A stretch of 42,261 nucleotides of DNA from Candidatus Micrarchaeota archaeon (GTDB taxonomy: Archaea > Micrarchaeota > Micrarchaeia > Burarchaeales > JAKAKT01). The translations under genes and the position numbers were made by a program. A model generated the notes under the pieces. That model saw only the letters and a list, made by a program, of their open reading frames with translations. It was not told the origin of the DNA and did no database searches. Within the stretch, counting starts at the first letter, position 1. Every line of letters begins with the position of its first letter. Of the stretch, positions 40,492 through 42,261 are shown piece by piece. Location: the NCBI GenBank assembly GCA_043814255.1, contig JBDRKD010000034.1:1-42261 (forward strand). Reading direction: 5' to 3'.

Positions 40492-40848
40492 TCACCTGGA
40501 CTCTGCAAACAGGTTGATTTTGTTTGGGTTTCGTTTTATCTGTTTCACAAGCTTTGACGGGCCAATAACAGTCATACCGCCAATATTTCCCCCCAGCATC
40601 TTTATTATCTTCGTCCGAACGTCCGATTCGTTCTTGCCCAGGGTGGATATCTCTATCCCTGAGAATTTGCTATCGATTCGTTTCATAGTCTCCTGTATCA
40701 GGTTCTTCTCCTCTACAGGACTCAACATTTCATCAAGGACGATGATTTTGTTCTTGCTGACACTCCTTAGGATATAATCCATCCTTTCCTCTTCATCCAT
40801 AGGTTTCAGGGAATTTGAAGAGATGAATTCTATTTGAAGTGTCATCAA
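40492..40848 (-). CDS. oapB: OapB (DUF2073)
   Basis: IIVLDEMLSPVEE...LIQETM...FSGIEI and MTVIGP. Confidence 0.87.
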   Translation of the reverse strand: MMTLQIEFISSNSLKPMDEEERMDYILRSVSKNKIIVLDEMLSPVEEKNLIQETMKRIDSKFSGIEISTLGKNESDVRTKIIKMLGGNIGGMTVIGPSKLVKQIKRNPNKINLFAESR

Positions 40849-40850
40849 AT

Positions 40851-41483
40851 TTACCTCAAATGAGTCGTTAATGTTTCATACAGGGTGTCCATGTTCTTCC
40901 CAGTCAATGCAGATATCTCCACAATCGAATACTGTGGAAAGGCTTCTCTAATCCTATCTGGTTTTGCGTCCCGCCTGTCAACTTTGTTCGCAACCAATAT
41001 AACCGGAATATCCTTTGCTTCCAAATTACCCAGTATTGTTAAGTTTACTTGAGTGTATGGGTCCTGACTTGAGTCCATAATCACTAATGCAGCATCAACG
41101 TCCTCAAGCCACTTTATCGCTTCGATTATGCCCCTGGTGGCTTCCTTTGCTCTGGTTCTGGCTTCCTTGGGGTTTACTCCAAATGATACAAAATCACGGT
41201 AGTCCACCTTTGAGGCGATCCCAGGCATGTCCAGAAGGGTCATATCAAGAGTCTTTCCATAGGATTCCATAGTAATCCTCTCTTTTTTAGTCACCTCCCT
41301 CGTTTCGTGCGGGATTTCCGAAACAGATCCCATAGGCTCTCCGAGCCAATCCAATGATATCTTGTTCGCAAGAGTTGTTTTCCCTGTGTTTGGGGAACCG
41401 TAGAGGCCAAGGCTAATCGCTTTTCTCTTATTAAATAAAGAATTTATCCAACTTAAAAAATTGTTAAACACTCTACCACCCAT
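40851..41483 (-). CDS. oapA: OapA Era-like GTPase
   Basis: GSPNTGKTTLAN, IPHETR, DMPG, NKVD and ISAL. Start is ATG 41483 or GTG 41471. Confidence 0.9.
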   Translation of the reverse strand: MGGRVFNNFLSWINSLFNKRKAISLGLYGSPNTGKTTLANKISLDWLGEPMGSVSEIPHETREVTKKERITMESYGKTLDMTLLDMPGIASKVDYRDFVSFGVNPKEARTRAKEATRGIIEAIKWLEDVDAALVIMDSSQDPYTQVNLTILGNLEAKDIPVILVANKVDRRDAKPDRIREAFPQYSIVEISALTGKNMDTLYETLTTHLR

Positions 41484-41691
41484 GAACTTCTCAACTATAC
41501 AACTGGTCGTTCCTAATATCAATCTCCCCATTTAAATATCTTACCCTAATCATCAAAACACCAATTTGGTGGGTGTGGCGGCAGCGCCAATATCTGCGCC
41601 ACACCGCGGCAGCTGCTGGGACAGTTCTACAGGGCCCGAATTTGGGAAAGCATAAATACCTTTTCAAACAGGTATTGTCTGTTGTGGTGGT

Positions 41692-42225
41692 ATGACAAAA
41701 GGAACAATGGCACGAGTAGACGAACGGGGTCGCATAATAATCCCAGCGCCCTTCAGAGAATCGCTTTCGATAAAGGAGGGAAGCAATGTGCTTATGCGCA
41801 TTGATGAGAAAAGCGGCACGATCATGATTCTACCCTTTGCAGTTGAGTCAGACAAGCTTGCGCGAATCGATATCATGATGAGCGACACGCCTGGAACACT
41901 TTCTCAAATTCTGAAATCTCTTGCGTCCGAAAAAATAGATCTTATAAGAAGTGAATCAACGGCACAGGAGAGGGGTCGTTTTGCAGAATGGAATGCCATT
42001 GTGGATTTGTCCAGATGCAGGAAGAGCATTTCTCAGATAAAGAGGATGATGCTTAAAGGGCGTTTCGCTCGGGAAATCAGAATGGAAAAATTATACACGA
42101 CCCTCAACCGAACAAATCTTAACAACGGACAGCTTAAGTATGCCCTGTTGTTTCCGATAATTTTCCTATATCATCAGAGAGTCGAAATCTTTTTATACTC
42201 CCTATCATTAATAATCACTTGGTGA
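41692..42225 (+). CDS. AbrB/MraZ-type DNA-binding domain fused to an ACT domain
   Basis: VDERGRIIIPAPFRESL, then SDTPGTLSQILKSL...IDL. The last ~43 aa look non-conserved. Confidence 0.82.
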   Translation: MTKGTMARVDERGRIIIPAPFRESLSIKEGSNVLMRIDEKSGTIMILPFAVESDKLARIDIMMSDTPGTLSQILKSLASEKIDLIRSESTAQERGRFAEWNAIVDLSRCRKSISQIKRMMLKGRFAREIRMEKLYTTLNRTNLNNGQLKYALLFPIIFLYHQRVEIFLYSLSLIITW

Positions 42226-42261
42226 TTTTGGTGGCTACAAAAAAGAAGGCCAAAAAGAAAA

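Noticed and set aside
41484-41691. Replication origin beside oapABC
   Set aside because: No repeated ORB/mini-ORB motifs, no long AT-rich unwinding element, and no cdc6/orc1 in the window.
42091-42207. 38-aa minus-strand ORF overlapping the AbrB-ACT tail
   Set aside because: Short, with no motif or supporting signals.

Overview
Gene-dense archaeal chromosomal window. Archaeal origin is shown by rpS8e, aMBF1, FEN1, Cgi121, Trm1, archaeal SRP RNA, OapABC and FtsZ2. The lineage is most likely DPANN, Micrarchaeota-like, but that is an inference from gene content. Most of the window is housekeeping: pgk, bacterial-type gap, fen1, ftsZ, trpB2, trm1, coaD, trpS, hisS, hps, purB and oapABC. The strongest candidate for an undescribed system is at the left edge (1-6180): a tightly packed tandem array of at least six paralogous polytopic membrane proteins. 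Their shared motifs resemble CedA/TedA/VirB6 (type IV secretion-like DNA transfer channel subunits). Some copies carry Cys-rich or lipoprotein N-termini, and a membrane-anchored PLD-family nuclease-like gene lies nearby. Other notable items are a ~245-nt highly structured leader upstream of a KaiC-V4R operon, a tRNA-Ser(GCT) with a ~71-nt T-loop intron next to an atypical SRP RNA, an 895-aa membrane/Zn-ribbon/helical-repeat protein ending in a Roadblock/LC7 domain, an AbiE toxin-antitoxin pair in reversed order, three phased operator palindromes, and an apparent homopolymer frameshift in pgk. Family assignments come from recognising motifs; no searches were run.
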